Positions 1 to 9,151 of a DNA stretch of 64,000 bases are shown piece after piece. The position numbers and the translations under genes were made by a program. The number at the start of each line of letters is the position of its first letter. Positions within the stretch are counted from its first letter, which is position 1. A model generated the notes under the pieces. That model searched no databases, was not told the origin of the DNA, and saw only the letters and a list, made by a program, of their open reading frames with translations. Source of the stretch: Salisapilia sapeloensis CBS 127946 (Eukaryota > Protista > Oomycota); NCBI GenBank assembly GCA_023334545.1, contig JAADVB010000045.1, forward strand, positions 32,173 to 96,172, written 5' to 3'.

Positions 1-162
1 AAGAGTTTCTAGTATATGAGCTGTAGCAATGACCTTGCTCTGGCATATCAGGTAACTGCACCGCTCTTTTCCAAGTCAATTTGTATTTTTCTGGTAATCG
101 CACCTATAAAGTATCCGGTGAAATTACACGAAAACAACGAATAGTGGACACAAGTCACAGCG

Positions 163-1083
163 ATGGTTATTAAACGCAATCGGAAGCGCATTCAGGACGC
201 ACTCTCCAAGTGTGGACTGGATGATGCTTTGCAATCCATTGCAAAGTCATCCTCAGTCACGCGCTTCCTTGGATTAGACATTAATACCAATAGCACCGGC
301 TTTGCTGTTCTGAATGACCAAGGTGCGCATGCCATTGCATATTACTCCTCTTAAACTCTTTATAATAGCAGCATCGCACCACTGCATTAAAATGTAGGTA
401 AACTGCTGCAATGGGGCCATGTTGACACGAAGAAAATTCCAAGTGAAGACGTCTTAGCTGCGTCGAATACCATCCAGCAAGAGCTCGTCGATACGCTCCA
501 GCCAAACGCCCAGTCCAAGTCATGGCTAGTGGGCATTGAGGACTTCATGAGGCAGTACACTGCTGGCAAGTTCCAAACGCGTGGTCTATTCCACTTGGCT
601 CAGATCAACGGTATCGTAGGATTCGCTTGCTGGCAGCGTTTCGGTCGTAAACCAGTGCACACCCATCCAACGGCAGCGCGCTCTGCCCTTGGCATTTCCA
701 ATGGCGGCGTCGTGAAAGAGCAAGTGTACGACCTCGTAGCTCGGCAGGAACCAGAAGCTGTAGTCTCCCTCCCACGTACCAAAGCCGGGCGCTTAACCGA
801 CACGGCGTTCGACATGACAGACGCATACGTGATCGCAGCCTACACTCGCTTCCTACATCTGCAGCAGGGTCTCGTAGATAGTCCAGAGCTAGTCGAATCT
901 TTCCATACTACCTACTTCCAAATGAGTCAAGAGACCAAACTTCGATCGAATAAACCATCCGCTGAAGCACAGCAGCTACGTAGCATGACACCTACCGAAC
1001 GAAAACAAGAGCTCTATCGACTATACTGCAGCGGCGTCGATGAATGGATGAAGAATAAGCTAAAGCAAGACTTGGGGTTGTAA
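163..1083 (+). CDS. RuvC/RNase H-fold Holliday junction resolvase-like nuclease, 2 exons (intron 323-397)
   Basis: A GT..TAG intron at 323-397 joins ORFs 163..354 and 529..1083 in frame. RuvC-type acidic motifs are present: FLGLDINTNSTGFAVL, LVGIEDF, PTAARSALG, FDMTDAYVIA. An upstream exon cannot be excluded. Confidence 0.75.
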
Positions 1084-1130
1084 CTGTGAAACTAAACGGT
1101 ATCATGTTGTTGTTGTGACTATTCTAGAGC

Positions 1131-4100
1131 TTAGTGGAACTCGTGGACGTCCGTCCATGCCTTCTCCTCCCGGTTCTCGCGCTCATAATAATCAAAGAGG
1201 CTGTCAGCCTCGAGACCAAGCAACGGCTGGTGCTTGTGGCGCTCCATCGAGTCGACAAAGAGCTTGACGAGACTGATGTTCGTCAGCAGCGGGATGGAAA
1301 AGTCCACGGCTGTTCGTCGGATCATGTAGTTGTTCTTGGTCTGCTTGCTCTCGCTGTTCGGGAGGTTGACGACGAGGTCAATCTCGCCATCCTTGATGTA
1401 TCGCAAGACATTGTTGTCACTGTCATCATCCGACGGGAAGTCGACCTTGGTGGACGGAATGTCGTACTTTTGCAAAAACTCGTGCGTCTTCTCCGTCGTG
1501 TACAAGTTGTATCCGAGCTCGGTCATCTTGAACGCAGCGTGAACAAAGTCATCCGTGAACTTGTCTTGCATCGACAGCAAGATGTTCTTCTTGGGCAATC
1601 GGACATTGGAAGAGATGAGTGCCTTGAGGAAGGCCTCGTGCTCGTTCTTGCCAAAGCACGCGACTTCACCAGTCGACGCCATCTCAACACCCAACAGCGG
1701 GTCGGCACCACCCAATCGGGTGTAACTGAACATGGGCGACTTGATACCAACAAAGCCTTCCGGACGCTTCGGACCGTACAGTTCCGGCAAGTTGTCCTGC
1801 TCCGTCGGCTCTCCGACCATGACCTTGGTGGCAGCGTTGATAAAGTCCGATCCAGTCGTCTTGGACGAGAACGGGAACGATCGAGACGCACGGAGGTTGC
1901 ACTCAATGACACTGACGTCCGCTCCCTTGGCCAAGAACTGCGCATTGAACGGACCAGAGATGTTCAGAGCCGAAGCGATCTTCTCGGCGCACTTGCGGAC
2001 TTCGTTCTGGTAGAACGAACTGGCCTGCACAGGCGGGAGGATCATGGTCGCGTCACCAGAGTGGACACCAGCGTTCTCAATGTGCTCCGAGATGGCAGCA
2101 GCAATAACCTTGCCGTCCTTGGCAACAGCATCAAGCTCCAACTCCTTAGCACCTTCCACGAACTTGGTGATCACGACCGGGTGCTCCTTGGACACTTCCG
2201 CCGCTTCGCCAAGCACACGCTCCAAATCCTCGTGGTTGTGCGCAACGTTCATGGCAGCACCAGACAGCACGTAGGACGGACGGACGAGGCACGGGTAGCC
2301 AACGCGGTCGGCAAAGTCCCGCGCCTCCTGCATGCTCGTGAGCTCCTTCCACTCCGGCTGACGGACGCCAGCCTTGTCCATAAGCTGCGAGAACTTGTAT
2401 CGGTCTTCCGCACTGTCAATCATCGTAGGGTGCGTGCCGAGGACGTGGACGCCAGATTTGTGCAGCGGAAGAGCGAGGTTGTTCGGGATTTGACCACCGA
2501 CACTGACGACGACACCCTGCGGCTGCTCGACGTCGTTGACATCCATCACACGCTCCTTGGACAGCTCTTCAAAGTAGAGCTGGTCGCACTCGTCATAGTC
2601 CGTACTGACCGTCTCGGGGTTGTAGTTGAGCATCACCGATCGGTAGCCAAGCTTTCGAAGCGTACGGATGCAGCTCACAGCACACCAGTCGAACTCGACA
2701 CTCGATCCGATACGGTACGCACCGCTACCCAAGACCATGACACCATCGTTCTTCTCCTGCGCCTGGACATCGTTCTCCGCACCATTGTACGTCATGTAAA
2801 GGTAGTTGGTCTGAGCTGGGTACTCAGCCGCGAGCGTATCGATCTGCTTGACACTCGGGATGATACCCACCTCCTTTCGCTTCGCTCGCACATCATCGTC
2901 TGAGCATCCGAGCATACGCGAGAGCTGACGGTCCGAGAAACCGACCTTCTTGGCTTCCATCAGCTCTTCGCGACTCACTTCCTGAATGCTCTTCCCCGTG
3001 AGGTTGACATCCAAGTCAGCAATACCCTGGAGACGACTCAACCACCACGTATCGATCTTGGTGATATCATGCACCTCGTCGATCGTCAGCATACCTTCCT
3101 TGAGCGCCTGTGCGATCTGGTAAATCCGACGGTCCGTCGGACGGCTCAAAGCGCTCTTGAGCTCGTCCTTGGTCATACGGTCAAAGCGCGGCTCGAAGCC
3201 TTCGACGGCAGGGTCGACCATACGCATGGCCTTCTGGATACCTTCCTCGAAGTTTCTCGAGATAGCCATGACTTCCCCGACACTCTTCATGGCAGATCCG
3301 ATCTCCGTGCTGACGTTCTCGAACTTGGCGAGATCCCAGCGAGGGATCTTGGTCACACAGTAGTCGAGACTCGGCTCAAAGCACGCCGTGGTGCTCTTCG
3401 TGACAGAGTTCTTGAGCTCCGGAAGCGTGATACCAAGGGCAAGTTTCGCAGCAACGAATGCGAGGGGGTAGCCCGTCGCCTTGGACGCCAAGGCACTCGA
3501 ACGAGAGAGACGAGCGTTCACTTCGATGATACAGTACTCTTCCGAGTGCGGGTTCAGAGCGTACTGGATGTTACACTCACCAACGATACCCAAGTGTCGA
3601 ACGACCTTGAGCGCCGTCTCTCGCAGCATGTGGTACTCTCGGTTCGACAGCGTCTGGGATGGCGCAATCACGATCGAGTCACCCGTGTGAATACCAAGCG
3701 GATCAAAGTTCTCCATGTTGCACACCGTCAGACAGTTGTCGGCACTGTCTCGCACGACTTCGTACTCGACTTCCTTCCATCCCTTCATACTTCGCTCCAC
3801 AAGGATCTGAGGACTACCGGCAAACGCCTTCTTCGCCATTGATCGCAGCTCGGCTTCATCGTCGCATAGACCAGAGCCAAGACCTCCGAGAGCAAAGGCC
3901 GATCGGATCATGACAGGGAAACCAATCTCGTGGGCAGCAGTCACAGCATCGTCGACAGAGTTCACGGCGATACCCTTGGCAATACGTTCGTTGATCTCCT
4001 TGAGCTTCTCGTTAAACGAATCTCGGTCTTCCGTCGCTTCAATCACAGGGATCTGCGTACCAATGACTTCGACGCCGTACTTCTCCAAGACACCGTTCTT

Positions 4101-5669
4101 CGCGAGTTCGACACCACAGTTCAAAGCTGTCTGACCACCCATACTGATCAAGATACCATCCGGACGCTCACGCTTAATCACTTGCTCCACAAAGTCTGCG
4201 TTCACTGGTAAGTAGTACACGTTACTCGCCTGTGCTTCACTCGACTTGTCAATGTTCGTCTGGACGGAAGCGATGTTCGGGTTAATCAGAATTGTCTCAA
4301 TCGCTTCTTCCTTGAGCGCCTTGATCGCTTGCGAACCAGAGTAGTCGAACTCACCAGCTTGACCAATGGATAGACCTCCAGATCCGAGAACCAAGACCTT
4401 TTTCACTTGCGGACGAACGACAGGTGGACGCTGGACTAAGCTCGAGATCGGACCCTTCTCCTTTCGACGCACGGCGTCGAGGAAAACATCGAAGAGGAAC
4501 TCCGTGTCCGTCGGTCCGCCAGAGTGCTCCGGATGGAACTGCGCCGTGAAGAACGGCTTGCTCTTGTGGATAATGCCTTCGTTCGTACCGTCGTTACCGT
4601 TGACAAAGAGCTCTTCCCACTCACTCGGCAATGTCTTGCCGTCGAGAGCATACCCGTGGTTCTGAGCAGTGATGTAGCTCTGACCGGTCTTGAGGTTGTT
4701 CACAGGCTGGTTCTGACCTCGGTTACCGAACGGAAGCTTGTACGTCTGCGCACCGGCCGCACGACCGAGCAATTGGTTACCAAAGCAAATACCAAAGATC
4801 GGCTTGACACCATCGCCTTCGACACTGAGCGCCTTCTTCAGCTGCTCCGTCGTCTCCGTGAGCACAGCCGGATCTCCCGGACCGTTACTGATGAACAGAC
4901 CGTCGTACCAGTCGGCTTCCGACGCAATGTCGTGGTTCCACGGCACGAGCTTGACCTCGGCTCCGCGCGACACGAGGGATCGGATAATATTGTATTTGAT
5001 ACCACAGTCGACTGCAAGGATCTTGAGCGGATTGCCAGCGCCAAACGTACGCACTTCCTTCGTGGACACGAGGGCAGACAGGTTGGTCGCGTTCGGGTCG
5101 ATAAAGTCCGGCGTGTCACTACCTTCAACGACGATTCGGCCGCTCATGGCGCCCTTGGCACGGATCTTTTTCGTAATAGCACGCGTGTCGATGCCAGCAA
5201 TACCAGGGATACCTTCCCGAGCGAGCCAGTCGCTTAGGGAAGACGCAGCGTTCCAATGACTATGATGAGAAGAGTAATCTTGGACGATCATACCAGCGGC
5301 ATGGATCCGGTCGGACTCGATGAACTTGTTCAGACCGAACTCATCGATGGCAGTCGTGTCCGGGACACCGTAGTTTCCGATCATGGGGAAGGTCATGTTC
5401 AAGATCTGACCTTTAAAGGAAGCATCCGTGAGAGCTTCCGGGTAGCCGACCATGCCGGTCGTGAAGACGACTTCACCAGCCATGGACTTGGGGGCACCGA
5501 ACGAGACACCTTCAAAGCGAGAGCCGTCCTCGAACTCGAGGAAAGCTGGCGTCTGGAACTTGGGGGCATTTCGACGATCGACTTTCTCCCGAGCAGAGCC
5601 GAGGAGACGGCTACCACTGGACTTGTAAAGTGGTGTGCGTTTGCGAGCGGCGTTGGATAATCGAAGCAT
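1131..5669 (-). CDS. Mitochondrial glutamine-dependent carbamoyl-phosphate synthase (fused small+large subunits, CPS I/III-like)
   Basis: 1512 aa intronless ORF. Basic N-terminal presequence; GATase with GICFGNQ and FHPE; two ATP-grasp halves (GSGGLSIGQAGEFDYSGSQA, GSGAYRIGSSVEFDW); C-terminal MGS-like domain resembling metazoan CPS1 (DLVVNLPN...NYMIRRTAVDFSIPLLTN). Confidence 0.97.
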   Translation of the reverse strand: MLRLSNAARKRTPLYKSSGSRLLGSAREKVDRRNAPKFQTPAFLEFEDGSRFEGVSFGAPKSMAGEVVFTTGMVGYPEALTDASFKGQILNMTFPMIGNYGVPDTTAIDEFGLNKFIESDRIHAAGMIVQDYSSHHSHWNAASSLSDWLAREGIPGIAGIDTRAITKKIRAKGAMSGRIVVEGSDTPDFIDPNATNLSALVSTKEVRTFGAGNPLKILAVDCGIKYNIIRSLVSRGAEVKLVPWNHDIASEADWYDGLFISNGPGDPAVLTETTEQLKKALSVEGDGVKPIFGICFGNQLLGRAAGAQTYKLPFGNRGQNQPVNNLKTGQSYITAQNHGYALDGKTLPSEWEELFVNGNDGTNEGIIHKSKPFFTAQFHPEHSGGPTDTEFLFDVFLDAVRRKEKGPISSLVQRPPVVRPQVKKVLVLGSGGLSIGQAGEFDYSGSQAIKALKEEAIETILINPNIASVQTNIDKSSEAQASNVYYLPVNADFVEQVIKRERPDGILISMGGQTALNCGVELAKNGVLEKYGVEVIGTQIPVIEATEDRDSFNEKLKEINERIAKGIAVNSVDDAVTAAHEIGFPVMIRSAFALGGLGSGLCDDEAELRSMAKKAFAGSPQILVERSMKGWKEVEYEVVRDSADNCLTVCNMENFDPLGIHTGDSIVIAPSQTLSNREYHMLRETALKVVRHLGIVGECNIQYALNPHSEEYCIIEVNARLSRSSALASKATGYPLAFVAAKLALGITLPELKNSVTKSTTACFEPSLDYCVTKIPRWDLAKFENVSTEIGSAMKSVGEVMAISRNFEEGIQKAMRMVDPAVEGFEPRFDRMTKDELKSALSRPTDRRIYQIAQALKEGMLTIDEVHDITKIDTWWLSRLQGIADLDVNLTGKSIQEVSREELMEAKKVGFSDRQLSRMLGCSDDDVRAKRKEVGIIPSVKQIDTLAAEYPAQTNYLYMTYNGAENDVQAQEKNDGVMVLGSGAYRIGSSVEFDWCAVSCIRTLRKLGYRSVMLNYNPETVSTDYDECDQLYFEELSKERVMDVNDVEQPQGVVVSVGGQIPNNLALPLHKSGVHVLGTHPTMIDSAEDRYKFSQLMDKAGVRQPEWKELTSMQEARDFADRVGYPCLVRPSYVLSGAAMNVAHNHEDLERVLGEAAEVSKEHPVVITKFVEGAKELELDAVAKDGKVIAAAISEHIENAGVHSGDATMILPPVQASSFYQNEVRKCAEKIASALNISGPFNAQFLAKGADVSVIECNLRASRSFPFSSKTTGSDFINAATKVMVGEPTEQDNLPELYGPKRPEGFVGIKSPMFSYTRLGGADPLLGVEMASTGEVACFGKNEHEAFLKALISSNVRLPKKNILLSMQDKFTDDFVHAAFKMTELGYNLYTTEKTHEFLQKYDIPSTKVDFPSDDDSDNNVLRYIKDGEIDLVVNLPNSESKQTKNNYMIRRTAVDFSIPLLTNISLVKLFVDSMERHKHQPLLGLEADSLFDYYERENREEKAWTDVHEFH

Positions 5670-5727
5670 CGTGGATTAAATGTTAAACAGAAGGTGAGGC
5701 GTGCCAGGAGGCAGCTCGAGATGGCCG

Positions 5728-5743
5728 CAAATTCAGAAGTGCC
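5728..5743 (-). promoter_or_regulatory. Oomycete-type Inr+FPR core promoter of the CPS gene
   Basis: Minus strand reads GGCACTTCTGAATTTG, close to the YCAYTYYNNAWTTY consensus, about 60-70 nt upstream of the ATG. Confidence 0.55.
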
Positions 5744-6019
5744 GGGAAGAAGGGAGGCGGATCTCAAGTCGGAGCCACTGGTGAGGGGCGGATAGGGCTA
5801 CTATGAAACGGTTGAAGATCGCGTTAACATCACATACTTTCTTTTATATTAAATCTTGAACGGATGTATGGCGCAAACAAGTAGTTTGAAACGAGTGGCC
5901 CAAGCAGCTTCGAGGCCGTGGGATCGTTGTCTGGCCTTGCGCTGTTACCGCCAGCAGAACGTTCACCTGGCTCTCCTGATCTGTGTGGCATTAAGGCTGT
6001 TCAGACCATTTCTAGTAGG

Positions 6020-8023
6020 ATGTGGAAAAGAACACTACGGAGTCCGGTGAACGTGTCCAAGCGATGCCTGAGCACGACACCGCAGGCCGTATCCACGCGG
6101 CTCGCGCAGATCATGCAATCCAATGCTGATATCCAGCGCTATCGGGAAGTGTACGGTGTCCCGGGAGTACGGCGTTCCACAGTAATTAAGATTGGCGGTG
6201 ACGTCATTGAGCATGAGCTCGACACACTCGTCGACTCGCTTGTCTTTCTTAAGCATGCTGGTCTCTTCCCGATCCTAGTGCATGGCGCTGGTCCGCAGAT
6301 GAATGCCGAGCTCGAACGTGCCGGCGTAGAGCCGCAGTACGTCCAAGGCAATCGCGTCACGGACATAGAGACGCTTACGATCGCCAAGCGCATCTTCCTC
6401 CAAGCCAATCGCAAGCTCGTCGATGCACTTGCTGCTGTTGGTGCACCTGCTCGACCCATCACGAGCGGTGTCTTTGAAGCCAAATTCCGCGACATGGATA
6501 CCTTTGGGTACGTGGGTGAGATTAATCACATTCACAGCCAATTCGTCGAAGCAGCGCTCGACAGTGACCAGATCCCAGTCCTCTCATGTCTTGGTGAAAC
6601 TGCGTCCGGCCAGACGCTCAACATCAACGCTGATGTCGCGGCGAGGGAGCTTGCATTGAGCATGCAACCGGACAAGACAGTGTTTATCAACTCCAAAGGC
6701 GGATGGGTCGAAGACGATGGCACCAAGCTCAAGGAAATTAATATGAAACGAGACTACGCCGAGATGGCATCGAGAGACTACACTGGTCGTCAAGGCACGT
6801 TGCTTAAGCTAAACGAGATCAACGCTTTACTGCAAGGACTGCCATCCACTGCCACAGTCGCCTTGACCTCTGCAAAGGAGCTGTCCAAGGAAATTCTGAG
6901 CAACTGCAGTACCGGAACGATCTGCCGTCGTGGAGAGTCCGCTCCTGTCTCCAACTCCACTACCAAGAAGCGTGTGGGTATCCTCGGCGCTCGAGGCTAC
7001 GTCGGTCGAGAGGTCATCCGCTTAGTCGGTCAGCACCCAGAGCTAGAGCTCGTATGTGCTAGTTCCCGTGCGTTAGTCGGTCATAAAGTGTTGGACGTAG
7101 CCATGGCGCCTCCTGTGAACCCCCACACGAACCAACCTGCAAAGGACGCTTCTCGCCACCCAAAGCTCCACATCTCCGAGGACCTCGAGTTCTGTGAACT
7201 TGGTCTTGACGACCTCCCGACGTCAGAACTAGCTGAATCCGTCGACGTCTGGGTCCTCGCACTTCCCAACGGACATTGCCAGCAGTACGCATCTGTCCTC
7301 GACGGTCTCAAGAAGCAGAACAAGATCGTCGTGGACTTGAGTGCCGACCAGCGCTTCAACGACGACTGGGTGTACGGTCTGCCAGAGACGCCTGGCTGTC
7401 GTGATGCGCTCCACGGCGCCACGCACATCTCCAACCCCGGCTGCTACGCTACTGGCGCTCAGATCGGTCTCTTGCCGTTGCTAGGAGGCAAGCCGGAGGT
7501 GAGTGGCAAGCTCATTGACGAGAGCATCCCGCCCCATATCTTTGGTGTCTCGGGATACAGCGGTGCTGGCACGACTGCATCCAACGCCAATAACTTAAAG
7601 GTGTTGCAGGACAATTTGCTCGCGTACAAGTCAGTCAAGCACGTGCATGAGTACGAGGTGTCGCATCAGCTACAGACGCCTGTGCGCTTCATGCCGCACG
7701 TCGCGCCGTACTTCCAAGGCATCCACTTGACCCTGTCGGCGCAACTAGAAGATTCTTCCATCAAGGCAGCCGACATCCAGGAACTGTACAATGAGTTTTA
7801 TAGAGGCGAGAAACTCGCCAAGGTCGTGGATGGCATGCCCATGGTCAAGGACAATGCGTTCCAACACCACGTGAGCGTCGGTGGTTTCCAAATCGACGAA
7901 ACGACCGGTCGACTCGTCATCGTCTCCACCATCGACAACTTGCTCAAGGGTGCTGCAACCCAAGCCGTGCAGAACGTGAACGTTGCGCTCGGACTAGACG
8001 AATACACTGGTATCGACGCTTAA
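6020..8023 (+). CDS. ARG5,6: Bifunctional acetylglutamate kinase / N-acetyl-gamma-glutamyl-phosphate reductase (fungal-type ARG5,6), mitochondrial
   Basis: Likely start MWKRTLR at 6020, followed by a presequence. NAGK motifs VIKIGG, VHGAGPQ, LNINAD; ArgC motifs GARGYVG, NPGCYATG, GVSGYSGAG, DNLLKGAATQA. Confidence 0.95.
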   Translation: MWKRTLRSPVNVSKRCLSTTPQAVSTRLAQIMQSNADIQRYREVYGVPGVRRSTVIKIGGDVIEHELDTLVDSLVFLKHAGLFPILVHGAGPQMNAELERAGVEPQYVQGNRVTDIETLTIAKRIFLQANRKLVDALAAVGAPARPITSGVFEAKFRDMDTFGYVGEINHIHSQFVEAALDSDQIPVLSCLGETASGQTLNINADVAARELALSMQPDKTVFINSKGGWVEDDGTKLKEINMKRDYAEMASRDYTGRQGTLLKLNEINALLQGLPSTATVALTSAKELSKEILSNCSTGTICRRGESAPVSNSTTKKRVGILGARGYVGREVIRLVGQHPELELVCASSRALVGHKVLDVAMAPPVNPHTNQPAKDASRHPKLHISEDLEFCELGLDDLPTSELAESVDVWVLALPNGHCQQYASVLDGLKKQNKIVVDLSADQRFNDDWVYGLPETPGCRDALHGATHISNPGCYATGAQIGLLPLLGGKPEVSGKLIDESIPPHIFGVSGYSGAGTTASNANNLKVLQDNLLAYKSVKHVHEYEVSHQLQTPVRFMPHVAPYFQGIHLTLSAQLEDSSIKAADIQELYNEFYRGEKLAKVVDGMPMVKDNAFQHHVSVGGFQIDETTGRLVIVSTIDNLLKGAATQAVQNVNVALGLDEYTGIDA

Positions 8024-8099
8024 GAAGTTCAATAAAAATACGTTTGTGGCTCGTTCGTTCTAGCGATAGCCCATGCAAAAATGCGTAATATTTCTTTTC

Positions 8100-8922
8100 T
8101 TAGTATTGCAGGATCGGATCCCCGACCTTGTCGATCATGGACACGGTGCATTTGAGGTCAAAGACTTTGCTTAAGACGACCTTGAAGAGTTTCTGGACAT
8201 TGATCGAGTGAGACGCAGAGGTGAAGATGAGTGGAGCTTTCATCGCTTTCGCAAACTTGCGTGCTTGCTTGGTAATGTCCTCCTGTTCTTTGGCTGAGAA
8301 CTCGGTGAATTGATCGTACTTGGTTCCGATCAAGAACGGAAACGCATTCTATAAGATACGTGAGCATGGTCGGTATAGTCGAGGTAGGACGAGTGTGACC
8401 TTGTTGATCGTCCGAACTTGGCGGTACCATTCCTTAACACTCATGAGCGTCGCCTTCCGCGTGAGGTCGAACATGAAGAGGATGGCGACGGCATCGTTGC
8501 ATACGAGTGGGAGCATGCTGATAAACTCCCGATGACCTGTCTCACGCGATTAGAATCATCTACTAGCGTCGAAAGATGTTAATGGATGCCAACCGCCAAG
8601 ATCCCAAATGCTAAAGGTGATCTCGGTATTCCGCAATGCAATCGTCTTCTCCATAAAATTTACACCTACGTGCCATAAGCCACTATCCTCTGTACAGTCT
8701 ACAATGACACATACCTAGCGTGTGGATGTAGTCTTCATCAAACTTGCCTTCGACGTACTTGACCATGAGACTCGTCTTCCCGACCTGAGCATCCCCAACC
8801 ATCCCGACTTTGACCACGACATTATTCCTCCCGCCTCGACCACTCGTCGCCTCCTTCTTATCCGTCACATCCTTCACCTCCTCTCCACTCGCACTCGCAG
8901 CAGCCTTCTCCTCCATCTCCAC
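8100..8922 (-). CDS. SPG1: Spg1/Tem1-family small GTPase, 4 exons
   Basis: Spliced product reads [64 protein letters not shown], with three introns of about 50 nt. Confidence 0.92.
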
Positions 8923-9151
8923 TCGGAAAATCTCTTTTGCAATTGAAAATTCTTTTTATTTCGCTTCTCAACTTGCAATTTCATCGATTAATCATACAAT
9001 ACCACTTCAACCCGACATGGCAACCATTACTCACAACAAGCACATGCGCCAATCCGTGGGCAGGGGTCTGATATACAAAAAAATAGTCAGCCACAGCCGA
9101 CCATACTCAAATTGAGACATTCTCACATTCGCCTCCACTGACGTAAGGAGC

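Noticed and set aside
163-1083. RuvC gene as a TnpB/Fanzor or Cas12-like RNA-guided nuclease
   Set aside because: Too short, no Zn finger or WED/REC region, no terminal repeats or omega-RNA space (only 47 bp to the next gene); the motif layout fits a stand-alone resolvase.
1134-5660. Long plus-strand ORFs (589, 257, 237 aa and others) antisense to CPS
   Set aside because: Shadow ORFs. Strong codon bias (few TTA/CTA/TCA codons) removes antisense stops, and the translations have no motifs.
5856-6050. Upstream ORF and the longer 5918 start for ARG5,6
   Set aside because: Both rely on non-ATG starts in the ORF track; the ATG at 6020 gives a typical presequence and follows an Inr.
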